Origin: Podarcis tiliguerta
Taxonomy: Eukaryota
Direction: 5' to 3' (one strand)
DNA length: 64,000 nucleotides
NCBI GenBank assembly: GCA_965153285.1
Contig: OZ229111.1
This document shows, piece after piece, positions 10,657 to 23,450 of this stretch. Under the pieces are notes generated by a model. It was given only the letters and a program-made list of their open reading frames with translations, had not been told where the DNA came from and did no database searches. The translations under genes and the position numbers were made by a program. The stretch's first letter is position 1; every line of letters begins with the position of its first letter.

Positions 10657-13600
10657 TTTATTTTGTGTAAAAAAGGCAAATTTAGTGAATTATTTTCATC
10701 TTGTACACAAAGTTATAATTTTTAATGCTTTTTTTCACATCCATGCTTGAAAATTTGCAGTCTGGTAAAAATGAAAGTAACATTAATTTCATCAAAAGCA
10801 TTTTCACTGAGTTATATACATTTCATTAGAGGTTTTAAAACGCTCCCATTTGACCACACAAGTTACCAGAAAATAAAAGATTAAATTTATACAGATATTG
10901 ATCTATATCAAATACATACAGAAATGATGTAAAAACCCTATTCAACTTTTTTTTTTTAACTTCTGCCCTGATTGTTTTTCCAGGGCAAAAGTTGATGCTT
11001 TTTCTTCTTCTTTTTTTTATAAATGGCTGAGACTTTACTTAAATATGAAAATTAAAAAGAAAAAAAATCAATTTAATCACAGTTTTAATCCCTTTCCAAT
11101 AAAGGATTGTTACCAAATATATTAGCACCATAATACAAATATTGATGGGAGAAGGTGTTCACATCACATAAAAATGACGACGACAATAAAAACGAACAAA
11201 CACTGAAACCCGTGTTAGTATCAATAGAACAAGAAACTGATAACTGCTTTTGCTTTTGTCAGATTCAGCAAGGAAATTTAAAACAAAACAGGGTCGGCTA
11301 TAAAAAGAAGGAGCACTTACAATGCAACTTGACCTTGTCTGTGGTGCCTCCTTGTTTATATATTAAAAAAATGTGCGCCAAATACTGAAAATAGCTGACC
11401 CTTTGCATCAGTACAGGCATCAAATCCCTGACCAACTCTTCCCCCCTCCCCCACACCATCCCAATTTTGTGTTAATTAGTTCACAGTAAAATAAAGAGAA
11501 TGTTCTTCGAGCTAAATTATACCAAAAAAAATGCATGCATACCAAAGCAATTAAACCCAGTACTAAGAAAGCTCACTGCCACCCAGTCGTCATCTGTATT
11601 AAGAGGCCACAGACAAATGTTGCTTAGAATCAACACTGAATAAACAAAGCGAAGGAAGTAATAACCCCAGGGAACTAAGCTGGAACAAGGGAGTCATGAA
11701 GCAATTTTAATAATAGGTTTTTCCTCAAATAAGAAGTCTATCATACACATGTTATGTATTGGGATGTGGTATTCTGCCTACAGGCAGAAACTGGGGCGGA
11801 TTAGATTGGCAGTGGTACCAACTTAACATGTATGCAGATCTACCTCCAGAAACCCAAAGACTAGCAACGTAGCACTAATCAAGATGATCACCCTTGTAGC
11901 ATGGTTCTAGGTCTGACAAGGTCCAACAGGTCCCTGGGACTATTTCAGGTTGATGTGGTGAGGATCAAATGTGGCTATGGATGTTCCAGGAGCTGCCGTA
12001 TTCAACAGAGGTAGGAGGAGGTGGATTTCCACCTTTGATCCTGACAGACTGCATGACTAGCAGAAATCCAGCAGGTTCAGTGTTCAAAGCATTAAATGTG
12101 CAGTGATGAAGAAAGTTGTACCTTCTGAACTTCTGCCCGTTATATAGTTGTTAGATACGGAGTTTCTGTCAGGTGAAAAGGGGGCAATTCCACCTAAAGG
12201 GTATGTTGTGTTGGGTGAAGCTCAAGATTGGATTTTATGACCATACAGGACTCAATTTACACGCAAATCTAAGCTCTCTTTCTGGCTTTCTTCTCCTCTT
12301 GACAGAGGACACTAGTCTAGGCCTTCTCCTGTATCTTTTTTTATATATTAAGCAGTATTATGCAAGTGGTCCCTACTGAAATCAGAAGAAATACTTGTAC
12401 AAGGGCTACTCTAAATCTTTCCCAGTCAGACCCTATGAAAACACAGGCTCTGAATGCCAGCCCCAGAGCACCACAGTCTTGACTATGCCAGTCCTGCCAG
12501 AGAGAGTATATTGCCTTTATTAGGTGTGAGGAAGGCTAACAGAACTACACCTTAAAATGGGGGGGAAATTGATTCCAATTCTCTCTGGAGTCTCTGCCTT
12601 TTAGATCATTCTATCAACTGGCCTGATGGCATGGATCATCCTTGGTTTTGAGAGGCACTGGTTTAAGGATTAACAAAAATACAGGGAGGGAGGGAGGATT
12701 TCTTAGGTCCGTTTGTACTGTGACTTTTCAAAATATTAGTTGAAATCTAGTGAACCCCTTTGTGGGTGTGTACACACAATGCAGTGTTTTGCTGCCCTCC
12801 CTCCAAAGCGGCCCTCTCTGGCCACATCAGAAGCTGCTTTACAAACTGGAGAAGTTTCAAAAACAGCTGCAATGCAGCATTTGTGGAAGCGGGCGGGCAT
12901 TCTACCCAAGGAAAAGAAAATGAAGGCAGCTCAGTTAAGCCGAAATCTTTTTAGAGAGAGAGAATATCTAATTATCACCTAAATTCACAAGTATTTGACA
13001 CCTGATAATCAGTTTAAAAATATGTATACATGAAGCAGTCAAAAATGGCCCAGCTATAGGGGGAGGGGGGGAAAAGCCTAGAAATTGTTCTCATACATTC
13101 CTATACTATACAGAAAAAATGTACTTCCAGTAGTTACAAAATTTTATACCATTATCCCCTCTTGCATAGAATGTGGTAAACCTTTGCATATCACCAATGG
13201 TATGTACCCAACAATAGAGCAAGTTAATTAAGAAAAGAATCAAAATTGCTGGTTTTCAACTTTCTATGCGTTTTTAAAAATTCAAAACATATGCCAAAAA
13301 ATCATCTCTGGGGCTTTGCAAGTTGCCAATGTAAAGCATTAGGCTTAAAGTGTGTAGAGGTTAATCTATAGGATTACTTTCTTCTAAGTCCTACCCTAGA
13401 GTCAAGAATTTGACATTTATACTGCTCTAAAGAGGACCTGCAATGACCCAGAAGCAGTTACAGAACATAAGCAGTTAATTCCTGAGAGTTTAGTTAATGA
13501 ACCTTACTGGTAAAAGCAAAACTCTTGACACGCATCATCATCCTGTCACAACACCACAGAGTGGCAATGTCAGCATGTTAGTTCTGAGAATGAAGCCATC

Positions 13601-14700
13601 CGCGAATATCCACACAGATTCTACTCTCGGAGGAAAGATTCCAGGTTCTTCAGCATTCTTGCCACATCAGTCATTACGTGTTCTCGAAAACCTTTTGCTT
13701 GAAAATGGTGTCCGCAGCCAAGTCAAAGAAAGCATGAGGCCTAAAAGCATGTCATCCTTAGGCAAGCCAGTTCAATTCATAACCCAGAAGCTCTTCCAAA
13801 TGGGTAGGGAAAGCAAAATGTCTATTTGCCTCAGCTGTGTCTTCCACCGGGATGGAAAGCAGGCCTGTCACAAAGTTTCTGTAGAAAAGGGCCTTTTGCG
13901 TCTGCCCCGTTTTCCTTACACAAGAAAAAAAAAGTCACAAACTCATGTCCATTTTGTAACCTCTCCAGCCGAAACGTGCTGAAGCTTTGCTGATCATTTC
14001 CATGAATATCTCGACATTTTAAAATGTGAACAGGAAACCACAATGCAGCAGTATCCGGCCCAAACCCAATGGCCTCCAAAAAGCTTGGACCTCAGCTTCG
14101 TTCTCCAAAAATTTAAGCCCAAACTCTTGAAAATTATGTTGCCACTTCCAGGAGGAACCCTTTCCATTCTTCCAACCTATTTTGGTATGTCTCCACCACC
14201 CCTAAGATCAGAATCCCATGATTTCACCATGGAAAAGACAGGGTATGACTAGTGTAGCTTTAAATTCAGAATCTCCCAGCTTGTACCAGAAGGCTCACTT
14301 GTTACAAACAGTTCATTTGCTTTTTTTTTTTTTTCAACTAAATACTACCACCTCATCTTCTTCAAAGGGTTTCCTGCAATCCTGCTATAATTAAGCTTTT
14401 AATTCTTACCAAAAAATTAGAATCTCATTTTTTTAACAATGCACAATAAATCTGAACTTGAAAATATTACAAAAATTCTTTTAAAAGCTTCAAATACAAC
14501 ACAAATGTCAATTATTTTTAATAAATTGAAAAATCTTTTTCACTAAAATAGTTTCCTCATCCTCCAAAAATTCTGAATTGAAATCTTATCTGCAGTTAGC
14601 AAAGTGCCCTTAGTAGAAGCCATCAAACTGTATCTTCAGAATGGGAACATCAGTCTTGAAGAAAGGCTCTTTTTTTGTACCATCCTGCCCTGCTCTGCCC
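10657..14700 (-). other. MBTD1: MBTD1 3'UTR (~4 kb); probable distal AATAAA at 10662-10657
   Basis: AT/U-rich sequence after the stop; tttatt on + strand; end not confirmed by transcripts. Confidence 0.6.
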
Positions 14701-14819
14701 TTAGGGTTCTTGTTTGATGTAGTGGCTGGCTGACCCATTGCTTTCCTGATCAGATGCTCCTTGAAGAAAGTTGTATTCCTCTCCATCTAGCAACTCCTCC
14801 TTCAACTGCAGTGAGGAGA
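14701..14819 (-). CDS. MBTD1: MBTD1 last coding exon
   Basis: SSLQLKEELLDGEEYNFLQGASDQESNGSASHYIKQEP*. Confidence 0.93.
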
Positions 14820-16404
14820 CTAAACATGAAAAAGGTTTAAAGAATGAAAAGTTGGTGAACATTTGAAGACACAGGGAGCAAGACATTTCCTTTCAGTTCA
14901 GACCCTGAAATTTTCAAGCATGCTCCAACTTGTTGTTACCTCTGTGACAAAATGCAAACCCCCACAATTTAACACTGAAAAAATTAAATTTAAAATTAAG
15001 TACAGACATTGAAAAATACTGAACGCATGGGCTGTAATTGAAAATGAGACTAAGAAAAGGAGGGAGGAAAGAAAAGGTGATTCGGTTATGACCTTTTAGT
15101 ACTATTACTGTGGATAGATTTGCTCCCCATTCAGTAGAATCCTTCTCCTCAAGATACAACATTTCCACTCATCATAAGAAACTTTTGGGAGGAAAACAAG
15201 GCATTGATTGTTGAACAAATACAGCACAAAGGACTAAGCAGAAATCCCCTGTATTAAGTTATGATCTCATTTTACTATTATCTAGTACTTCCATTAAAAA
15301 CAAAATCAGTGTGTATTTCAACCTTTCTATTATTTGCTCTCACGTGCATGCCCTCTTCTATTAACCACTATTAGTACATTAACAGACTGGGAAACTCAGG
15401 CTGAGAGTGATTTTTCTTAAAAACACGAGTGAGATCCAGCTGAGATGGGATTTGCAACTCAGATCTTATTGGATCAATAGCTTAGCTATTTGTGCTGTTA
15501 CCCAACTTTTTAAAAGTTGATTGACTGGATGTTTCAATTTATTAAATGTGCACAAATCTGCTTACTAGTAAAAAATTTTTCCTAAAATTGTACTTGTCAT
15601 TGGTGAAGGCACAATTTTTAAAAATATGTTAACTTTTCTCACATAATCTCCCAGCTGCTAAAATGGTACTCACCCACCCCCCGCTTGAACACATACAATT
15701 GCAATAATTACAAATAAGACATTTCTTTTCAAATAGACAGGAATTAAGTGAAATTTAAATATAGGGGAAGTTAGGTACAGCAGTGTTCAGGCTGCTTGAT
15801 GAAGAATGTGATGGGAATGTTGCAAAACCACACAGGCAACCCAGAATCCAGTCCCAGAATCCTGTGTTTTCACCTCAGTGATAGTTTTATATAGGATTCA
15901 AAGTGGGGCACAATCACAATTACACAGAGGTTTCAAGAAGGTTCAAATACTGTACATATTACATAAGGGTTGTGACTAAGCCAAAACGTGCATGAACCCA
16001 TGATAAACACCTGCATCATTTGTTCTGCTCAACAGCAAAAACCTCCCTAGTTTTATGGAAGATTCCTTGCACACAGAAATCCAGCAAATTAAGGAGAAGC
16101 TAGGCTAGATTCCTTCTCCTAGTTTTCTGTATAATATATATATAGAGAGAGTGAGCATTCAGGTCCCCACCTACGGTCTGAAGTGCTACATCTCAGCCAG
16201 AGTTTACCACCTCAGTGAGCGCTGGGCCTAAACCCAAGATACTGATCTTGGTAGATGATTGCTCAGACCCATAACGAACACTTTTCATGACATCAACAGA
16301 ACAAGCAGAATCATTCAATAGACAGAAGCCATTTTGGTCATACAGTCAAATATCCTCCTACATTCTATGTTAATTATGACAGCCTTTCATATATTTAAAA
16401 AGTA

Positions 16405-16481
16405 CAGGGTGATTCATCATGAAGTATACAGTTTCCATTTATAGTGAATGGGAACTGTAGACTTCATGATGAATCACCCTG
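16405..16481. mobile_element. 77-bp mariner-type MITE (MADE-like palindrome)
   Basis: TA|CAGGGTGATTCATCATGAAGT ... ACTTCATGATGAATCACCCTG|TA. Confidence 0.8.
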
Positions 16482-17129
16482 TATTATTATGTATTTTTCT
16501 AGGAGTATTACCCACATTTCCCCTAGGTTCTACTTTCTTCAGCCATCCCTCACATTTTGATTCCTAGATCCAAGTCCTCCTAGATTTGCTTGCTCCTTTC
16601 TTTAAACGGCATCACCAGAGCATGAGCGTTAGTCTTCTACGAAGAGCCTTGAATAAAGCAGCAGCATTGCCTCCTTGATGTTGCACACAGTGGCTCAGAC
16701 CCACAAATCGCCACACGGAACACACGTGTCTCCATAAAGAGATGGATGGTGAAGTCAGCCTGAAAAGTTGCCATCATCTGTTTGGCAGGTAAACACACAC
16801 ACACACCCCTGGTCTGACATGGATCTCCATAGGTGTAGCTCCGGGGTGTTGCATGCCAGTTTTGGGCCGTGCAGTGGATGTGACCTTTGTCTTTGTATAG
16901 TAGGGTACACTCCAGCCAAGCAAAAGGACAAGGCCTTTAGGGGTGTTGCCTAGGGAGAGCCTCATTTAACCCCTAGGTCAGAGGTTCCACACTCGTTTTA
17001 GTTGCATGAGGACCTTTGCTTTTCACCTAGCACAGCCCCCTTTTGCATGTAGGAGAGTGATTGGAACCAGGAGATCACCCTTGCTAAATTGGGGCATGCC
17101 AGTTTTAATAGTAATATCTTTAAAAAGTA

Positions 17130-17549
17130 CCGTATTTTTCGCCCTATAGGACGCACCGTCCCATAAGGCGCACCTAGTTTTTTGGGGGGGAAATAAAGGG
17201 GGGGGTTATTTTTCCCCCCGGGGGGCTGGGGCAGGGGAAGCCCGAGCTTCCCCCGACCCCAGCCCCCAGAACAGGCAGCTCTCTGCAAGCCGTGGGAGCC
17301 CAGCGCCAGGCTCCCTCTGCTTGCGGAGAGGTGTGCAAAGCCTGGACACGCTGAGCTCAGCGCGCGCAGGCTTCAGCATGCAGGCAACTCTCCGCAAGCA
17401 GCGGGAGTCCAGCGCTGGGCTCCCGCTGCTTGTGGAGAGGTGCACGAAGCCTGGAGAGCAAAAGCCTGCATTCGCCCCATAGGACGCACACGCATTTCCC
17501 CTTCATTTTTGGAGGGGAAAAAGTGCGTCCTATGGGGTGAAAAATACGG
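17130..17549. mobile_element. Tc2/pogo-type non-autonomous DNA transposon
   Basis: TIR CCGTATTTTTCGCCCTATAGGACGCAC / GTGCGTCCTATGGGGTGAAAAATACGG with TA TSD; GC-rich interior. Confidence 0.88.
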
Positions 17550-18949
17550 TAATTCAAAACAGCATTTGCTGCCTTTTTGCCATTACTTTGGATTTCATTT
17601 TAATGGCAATTTGCCATTATATGCCAATTTGCCTCTTACCAAACTGTGGTGGCCTTACTTTTTCAAAAATAAACTTCTATTTTTCATACCTCTCTGTGAA
17701 GTTGTATGACATTCCCTACAACAATTTACTCCGCCACTTTGAATTCTAAGGTGCATCCACTGAATGTGCTTTGCAAGTTTTACAATTGGAAGTAATAATG
17801 AGGAAATTAACGCATTCCCTGAGGATGCAGATAAAGTGTTTTTATGAAAAAGTAGACTCACATTATTATTATTTTTGGAATATGAGATATAATCACCTGG
17901 TTTGTAATGTAATTTGTTAATGTTTTTGTCAAAATGTATGGAATGCAAATTATTATGCCAATAGGATAACATGAATAACTCAAAGGGTTATATTGCTCTC
18001 GAATTTTTGTGATTTTTCCAAGTGAGTCTTAAGTCTGCATCCGAAGAACAAGAAGTGGAACTCTGCTTGCACAATGGGGCTTTTCTGGCTACCCCCTGCA
18101 AAACAAACCCTACACTGTCCCAACCACTTCTGTCTAGAAGAGTATGGAATGGTCTGTAGTGGAAGAGAGAAACTGGAATAATTTATCAGAGCTGCCTTTT
18201 GCCACAAGCCTCTCTACAAATTCAGAATAAAGGCCTGTTCAGATTATAATATCATCTCCAATGCTAGGGTTATATGTTTTAATACTCCTACACTGTTTTT
18301 TAAAAAGTTGTTAAGTTTGAACTAGCATGTTAGAAATAAAGAGTATACTCTACATCTCCCCCATACAGATTAGTTCAGGAGTTCTGAAACTGTGGTCTCC
18401 AGACTATCAAGTAGTCCACAAGTTTCATGCAGGTAGTCCTTGTGTGTCTGTGAAGAGAGCAGGAGCAGTGGCTATAAACAGCAGATGCCGGTGGAGTGAC
18501 GCCAGCCCTGTGCCGCTTTGCGAGGCTGGCAGCTGATCTGAATGAATTGCCTGGTGAATCATTCAGATCAGATCCCAGCCTTGCAAAGTGGTGCAGGGCT
18601 GGCAGGGCGGCGTGATCAGTGCCCCCTGGAAAAATGTGCCTGGGGCCATCACCCTGGCAGCCCCACCACCACGTTACACCCCTGGGTGGTCCTACTCAAT
18701 AGTCAAAGTTGGTCTACAGGAGCAGGGCATATGGAATCTTGTCCATTGGCAGATCCAGTTCCAAGTTCAATCCCCTAGTTAACACTTTCAAAAGATCTCA
18801 AAGGAAGCACAGTCAATTTAGAAGACTGCTGTACATATTGCCAACCATCTATGGATATCTGACATAAATATTTTACAGTTCATTGCACTAATTGTGCTGC
18901 TTCTTATTGTTTTGATACTGGCAAACCAGCAAAACATGGCCATCTGTCA

Positions 18950-19031
18950 TGGATGCTTTAGCCGAGATTCCTGCATTGCAGGGGGCTGAACTAGACGGCC
19001 CTTGAGTCCCTTCCAGCTCCATGATTCTATG
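18950..19031 (+). mobile_element. CR1-type 3' tail fragment
   Basis: gattcctgcattgcagggggctgaactagacggccc...atgattctatg, same tail as the SINE at 6984. Confidence 0.7.
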
Positions 19032-22000
19032 GTATGGTGAAGGTGTGCTATATCTGACGCAAAGGAAACAAATATGGTTCAGACAAGTTTTTTTTAAGAG
19101 AGTCTCTTCCATTAAAAATGTGATATAACAGTCACATAGATAGCTGCATAAAAACTGTTGACACTGACTAAAGTAGCAAACATGACATATACAGCCTTTA
19201 ATAAGAAAGACAATATCCAAAAGAGCCAAGTAACTGCTCATGAAATAACTAAAAGATTAATAAAAATAATCCAAGGCTCTGGCTGGCAAAAGGGACTGAT
19301 GTGGGAAAAGAATATACTATAACTGCTATTTTTTTCCTTTTATGCTTCTTCTGAAGCATCCATTACAGGCAGCTTTTGATGACAAGATGGCAAGTTCAGT
19401 TGTTGCTGTTTTTTCTCGGATCCAATATTGCAGCTTACTTTACAAACATTGACATAAATAGTCTTTGGAAAGTGCAAAGGAGCATCTTGTAATGCAGTCT
19501 CAAAAGTACAACCTGTTGCTACTTGGAACCTTACTAAAACAGAGGTCACTTGGTTTCGCTCTTAGTATGGTTCTATCTCATCTTCCTTGCTGACTCACAT
19601 TCCTCTGCTAAATAAAATTTAAAAAGTTTAAATATTAAAACACGACATTAGAATGATACACATTCTACAACATGCAAAATAAATATTTACTCAATTCATT
19701 TCTCTCCCTGTCCCCCCCCCCCAATTCCTAGGACACTTGTATATCACTTTTAGTAATCACAGACTGCTGAAATCTTTTTCCACCCGTACATTTTGGCAGA
19801 CTGTACAGGCGTAACCCACCTGCTGTATCTACCCCTACAAGTGGAGTGGATTTAAAAATCTCTCAAGGAGAGGGAGCTTCATGGAGGATCAAATGGGGAA
19901 CAGACTGAAATTGTCTCATATTCTATTCCATAACAATCAAAGACTGAGAGCAGCTGGACTTCAGGGTCGCAATGACCCCAAAGAAAGGACCACATGTCCA
20001 ACATGTCTACAAAGGCTTTAGGTCTCAAAAGGGCAATCACTTCCATGCCAATTGCAGAACGCTTTTGAAACGCTGGGAATCTTTGGGTACAATAACTCTC
20101 TGGGCAGTGTACCAAGGCCAACAGTAAATCCCCTATAGGATTCTTTAGCTTTGGGATTCTTCAATTACATATACCTTATGGGAGTATAAAGGAGTCCCCA
20201 AAGCTAGGCCACCTGGGAAAAACGCATCCAGGTGTCAGGGTCTCTCAAGCCACTTAAGCCTGCTCAAAACTTCATGATGATTTGATACAAATATGTAGAT
20301 GGTCCGGTTATCAAACAAGTTTGTTCTGTTTTTCAGAGAGTATTATATTCATGGGTCACTACCATCGGGGCATCAATTATTTTCCCATTACCATTCTATA
20401 GCTATTTCATCTTTCTAATAAAGGCAGTAACTAGGATGGAGTTACAGAAGAGCAAGCAACCTATTTATTTTGTGCAAGAGCTCAGTAAACAACATCATTT
20501 GCTTCAAGCTCCTGTTTTATTTCTCTTAGCTTTAAATACAAAAATACTGGTGATTTACAAAATGGCAATAGCATGGGGGGGGGGGGAGAGATATTTTTCT
20601 TTCTATTAGTGCAGTAGCATTTGGAGTCAAGGCACCTCCTCGGGAACATGAAGAAAATAACTCAGCTGTAGCTACAGGAGTTAATTAAAGGTAGAAAATA
20701 TCATGCATGATAATGAAGTCTGGTTGCTCATTATAATGCTCTCGATTTTCATCTTACACCACAGGAAATATTTTGTTCAGTTCATTCTAGTTATTTCTAT
20801 TTGGCAAGAGGACCTAAATTTAAGGTTACAAAATTCATTATGGATCTATGCTCCAATGCTCTTAATAGCTGCACCAAAAAAAGGGGGGCATGCTTTTTCA
20901 TCATCACATCATTATTTCATATTGAAAATGGACCTCTCACATGTAGATCCCAGTGGTGAAATTCCGCAGCTACAGTTCAAAGTAAGCTGGTATTCTGGCA
21001 CTACCCTTCGTAATTGATGGAAGGAAGCACAGAGGCTAATTTCATCCCTATCATCAAATACCTGTTTTCTGATCTTTCAACATGCCTGAGACAGTGGCAC
21101 AAATAAAGCATTTCATCCGAAGGATTAGAAAAGGGCATATTGCGAAAAGAAAAGCCATCTCAGAAAGCCACACAGCCGGGCCTGGCTCCTACATATACAG
21201 TACGATACAAGGAGATATATGGGACTCTGATATTTTATTGGTTAGGGTAAACATGGAGAGTTCTCAGAAGGCAAGAAGGTAGCAGATATATGCAAGTTTC
21301 TTCTGAACTTTTGTAAACTCAATGAGGTCCTGTAGCATTCCCAATCACCCCCCAGCCCACTACCCTTGCAACCTTGGAAATTCAGTGCATTGAAGACCCT
21401 ACGTCAAATCAATTAACACTGTATGTATGTATAAAAAGGGGACTCATTTGGGGACATTGCATGTTCTCCAAGAGACCAGTCTCTCAAAAATTACCTAAAG
21501 GTTTGATGTTTTCAGTGCTGAAAAAATGCAACCAGTTTTACAATTCTTAACATTTAAAATACAAACAAAGTTAGTAGTGTGAACACTTAAGGAAACAAGA
21601 CCAGCTTTTAAGTAGCGAGGTGAATTACCACTGAACAATGCATCTGTATAGAGATGTTGTAATGACCGAAAAATGAGGATGTATAATGAGCTGCGCTTGG
21701 CTTTCTGCCTATTGTTTTAAATATGCCATAGGTCTTCAGTATGCTTACGGGGAAAGACACTTCATTCCCGTTTGTGAGATGTGGAACATTTTTTTCTCTA
21801 ACCAACAACTGTATTAAGTATGTGCTCCAATAGTTACAACTATCCAAGAAGTAGGAATAGTTAAAGCTAGGCTAGGTGAGGAGAAATTTGATAAATAAAT
21901 CAAATCCTCAATTTGTTCACCCCAGCAGAAGCAGGTGAAACTGAGTGGCTTTGCAGATTTTTGGTTCCTCGCTGTTCAGAGACCCTGTGCACACTGCAAC

Positions 22001-23258
22001 CCACTGCATGGTGTAAATGGGACCTTTCCTGCTGAATACCAGAACAGCTGTTTGGTGCTGGCAGGCAAAGACTGACTCGTGTCAAGCAAACTGCAGCCTT
22101 TGCAGTGGTCTTTATGAAAAAGAACGCACCAATCATGCCACAGGTATATGACAATATGCATCTGTGGCCATGCCTGAAAAGCCCCTCCTGGAACAGATTC
22201 TGGTGGAGTCCAAATTGGGTTATGTCCAGAAAAGAACCTCCCAATCTAGCCAGATTTCTGCATTAGTTAGAATTCACAAGGAAGGGGAGCAGACCCAACT
22301 TGTTTATATTTCTAGGATTGAAACCTAGCATATTTTATAACCTTTCCAAGTGGGCACCATTTTGTTTCAACTTAAATATGGACATTGACAAGACTTTAAT
22401 GAGCCTGCCAGTATCCTTTGCGCATGCAGTGCTACCCTTTCCACTATTAAGCCCAGCAAGGTACTAGTAAGTGGGGGAGTTCTCCATAGTGGAGCTCTGA
22501 ATTAGACTGACAATATAAGCTCCTGCATTTTCTTAGAGGCAGCCGTCTACTTCAGACTAAATAAGCACCTATTTCCACACTAAACACTGTTGGGAGTAAA
22601 TTGCTTTGTACTTTCAATTCTCTTACAGCTGGAAAGAGGCATCTATGTCAACCTTACAGTTTGTATTGATCTCAAGTGTGACTCAATCCCTTTCATTCAT
22701 TTTGTCCTGTTCATTGTGTCAGAATGATAATCAGGGACTTATTTTGGGAACATATAAATGAGAGTGTTTCTTATTTTGAAATCTGTTTTCAGCTTAAAGA
22801 AAAAGATGGCAAGCTGTTGACAAAGGTCTATTAATTTTGGGGGGGTGGTGTTTTTAAAATCTTCCAAAACTAGTTTCCCTCTTTTTTTAGGGTGACCATT
22901 GATTATTTTTGGATATGACATCCAGGATATAAAATAATATCCAGTGATAACTGAAATCTATTGGCACTTAGTTCACTTTGTTTCACTATGTACATTGAAA
23001 GCACTTCCATTTAGTTCATTTTGAAGAGATTTGCTGAGTTCTGAAGCAGCAGGAAAAAACAGGGACTCAACACTTGTGATTAATTCAATGAGATGGGCTT
23101 ATGGGCTGATGCAAATACTGGAGGAAATGGATGTTCTTTCTATTTTTAAATGAAAAGTGAGGGCGGCAATGAGTCAGCATGCCTGACCATGCTTGATCCT
23201 CAATCAATTTTGCCCTCCATTAATAAGCGTTGTTGGTTTTTTTTACATGACCAATTAC

Positions 23259-23450
23259 CTGTTTTGAGGCTGGGACTGAACTCTCTGCTAGTCCTGGGAG
23301 GCTGGCAGGCCTCCGGGGCTGTCTGTGCTGGAAGGGTTCGATACTGAGGAGGAGTCAACTCTTCATCACCAGAGAAGCTCCTCCGCACCCCACCTGTCAT
23401 GGGGACGCTCGACAAACTGACAGGCTTCTTCCCAACTGGTATCTTCCTCT
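23259..23450 (-). CDS. MBTD1: MBTD1 192-nt symmetric (phase 1-1) cassette exon
   Basis: AG/GT bounded; KRKIPVGKKPVSLSSVPMTGGVRRSFSGDEELTPPQYRTLPAQTAPEACQPPRTSREFSPSLKT is in frame with both neighbours. Confidence 0.75.
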
